Part shown: positions 14,934-16,126 of the stretch, piece after piece
How positions within the stretch are numbered: position 1 is the stretch's first letter
How the letters are laid out: each line of letters begins with the position of its first letter
Source of the DNA: Clostridium sp. CAG:793
Lineage (GTDB): Bacteria > Bacillota > Clostridia > TANB77 > CAG-508
NCBI GenBank assembly: GCA_000433915.1
Contig: HF993645.1
Coordinates: 1 to 16,126 of the forward strand
DNA length: 16,126 bases
Reading direction: 5' to 3'
Position numbers and translations under genes: made by a program
The notes under the pieces: generated by a model
What the model saw: the letters and a program-made list of their open reading frames with translations, nothing else
Told to the model about the DNA's origin: nothing
The model's database searches: none

Positions 14934-15119
14934 ATGGAATTCAACAAAGACACAAAAATCGGAGAATTACTAGAGAAAGCTCCAGAAAAAGCAGACATTT
15001 TATTAGAAGCAGGAATGCATTGCCTAGGATGCCCAGCATCACAAGCAGAAACGCTTGAAGAAGCATGCATGGTACATGGAATAGATGTTGAAGAAGTATT
15101 AAAAGAATTAAATAAATAA
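14934..15119 (+). CDS. DUF1858 / hybrid-cluster-protein-associated redox disulfide domain protein
   Basis: 61 aa. IGELLEKAPEKADILLEAGMHCLGCPASQAETLEEACMVHGIDVEEVLKELN matches the GMHCxGCP...ETLEEA...HGID signature of this family. GGAAAGGAAAAG SD region lies upstream. Confidence 0.85.
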   Translation: MEFNKDTKIGELLEKAPEKADILLEAGMHCLGCPASQAETLEEACMVHGIDVEEVLKELNK

Positions 15120-15125
15120 AATAAT

Positions 15126-15151
15126 TCCCCTATTACAAAAATAATAGGGGA
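15126..15151. terminator. Bidirectional terminator between the DUF1858 gene and the convergent SDR gene
   Basis: 10-bp stem TCCCCTATTA (15126-15135) / TAATAGGGGA (15142-15151), loop CAAAAA, with AT-rich flanks on both sides. Confidence 0.65.
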
Positions 15152-15206
15152 TTAATTATTACTATTGCAAATTAATTGCTACCACCAATCAATATCAACT
15201 TTATGT

Positions 15207-15926
15207 CTATTGCAAATTCCAACCACCAGTAACTTGAATAACCTGTCCCGTAATATAGCTGTTTTTGTCAAGAAATAAAACCGTATCAGCCACATCAGAA
15301 GGAAGTCCAATACGTTCAAGTGGAATATCATTAACAATTTCACTTAATTCCTCTTTAGAAAGAAAAGAATTCATATCAGTATCAATAATTCCAGGTGCAA
15401 TACTATTAACTCTAATATTAGAAGGACCAAGTTCTTTTGCAAGAGACTTAGTCATAGCATCAAGACCAGCCTTGCTAACCGAATACGCCATTTCACAAGA
15501 AGCTCCGACAATTCCCCATATAGAAGAAATATTAATAATCAATCCAGATTTAGCATTAATCATATAAGGAGAAACTTCTTTAGATAAATAAAAAGCTGAA
15601 TATAAATTATTTCTCAAAACCGTATCAAAGTCAGAATCAGAAGTATCAGACAAAGTATTAATAAAATCAATACCTGCATTATTAACTAATAAATCAATGC
15701 GCCCAAACTTACTAATAGTAAAGTCAACTAAAGACTTAACTTGAGCATGATCTGAAACGTCTGCTTGAAAAGTAACAACATTAGAAAACTTAGAAGCAAT
15801 ATCATTAGCCTTATTGGCAGAAAATCTATAATTAAGAACAACATCAAAGCCTGAGCTAGCAAGAGTTTCAACAATAGAAGCTCCAATTCCTCTAGAACCA
15901 CCAGAAACAATAGCAACTTTATTCAT
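15207..15926 (-). CDS. Short-chain dehydrogenase/reductase, FabG-like (3-oxoacyl-ACP reductase family)
   Basis: MNKVAIVSGGSRGIG (TGxxxGIG), NNAG, catalytic Ser and YSVSK (YxxxK), IRVNSIAPG. I prefer the ATG at 15926 with a GAGAGG SD. The ORF-track start at 15974 is an upstream TTG that adds a hydrophobic leader. Confidence 0.85.
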   Translation of the reverse strand: MNKVAIVSGGSRGIGASIVETLASSGFDVVLNYRFSANKANDIASKFSNVVTFQADVSDHAQVKSLVDFTISKFGRIDLLVNNAGIDFINTLSDTSDSDFDTVLRNNLYSAFYLSKEVSPYMINAKSGLIINISSIWGIVGASCEMAYSVSKAGLDAMTKSLAKELGPSNIRVNSIAPGIIDTDMNSFLSKEELSEIVNDIPLERIGLPSDVADTVLFLDKNSYITGQVIQVTGGWNLQ

Positions 15927-15999
15927 AATAAAACCTCTCAAATATAAAAAAATAAAAGCCAGTAATAATAGCAACTCTAAAATTACAGACCTTTAAAAA

Positions 16000-16075
<76 letters not shown>

Positions 16076-16080
16076 ATATA

Positions 16081-16126
16081 TGGTGACCCCGACGGGAATC
16101 GAACCCATGTCTCCGCCGTGAAAGGG
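16081..16126 (-). tRNA. tRNA-Glu (anticodon UUC), 3' part only, truncated by the window edge
   Basis: The reverse complement reads ...CCCTTTCACGGCGGAGACATGGGTTCGATTCCCGTCGGGGTCACCA. Anticodon loop CTTTCAC with stem GGCGG, T arm ATGGG/CCCGT, encoded CCA. The CCGCCCUUUCACGGCGG core is typical of bacterial tRNA-Glu. Confidence 0.8.

Noticed and set aside
14783-15070. 95-aa minus-strand ORF overlapping the DUF1858 gene.
   Set aside because: The + strand ORF has an unmistakable GMHCLGCP...ETLEEA...HGID family signature, whereas the minus ORF has none and runs through the + strand promoter region.

Overview
Very AT-rich, purine-skewed window with standard code 11, strong GGAGG-type SDs and tRNAs with encoded CCA, so it looks like a low-GC Firmicutes-type chromosome. 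Housekeeping genes: gyrB (328-2244), gyrA (6727-9222, with the QKRGGKG GyrA box), a convergent DnaD-domain/DnaC-DnaI-like loader pair (11289-9285, minus), a DUF1858-type redox-disulfide protein, a FabG-like SDR, tRNA-Thr(UGU) and a partial tRNA-Glu(UUC). The unusual part is a type IV secretion (conjugation-like) gene set in two modules on opposite strands. Module 1 sits between gyrB and gyrA: a VirB4-like ATPase interrupted by one in-frame TAA, a pseudo-receiver + ParA/MinD-type ATPase, and a 233-aa unknown. Module 2 lies beyond dnaD/dnaI on the minus strand: a small TM protein, a VirD4/TraG-like coupling ATPase, a VirB2/TrbC-like pilin, a VirB6/TrbL-like protein and a PrgI/VirB3-like protein. 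No relaxase, integrase/recombinase, cell-wall hydrolase, VirB8-like gene or flanking att repeats are visible. Each block has its own near-consensus sigma-A-type promoter. All family calls come from motif and topology recognition by eye; no database search was run.
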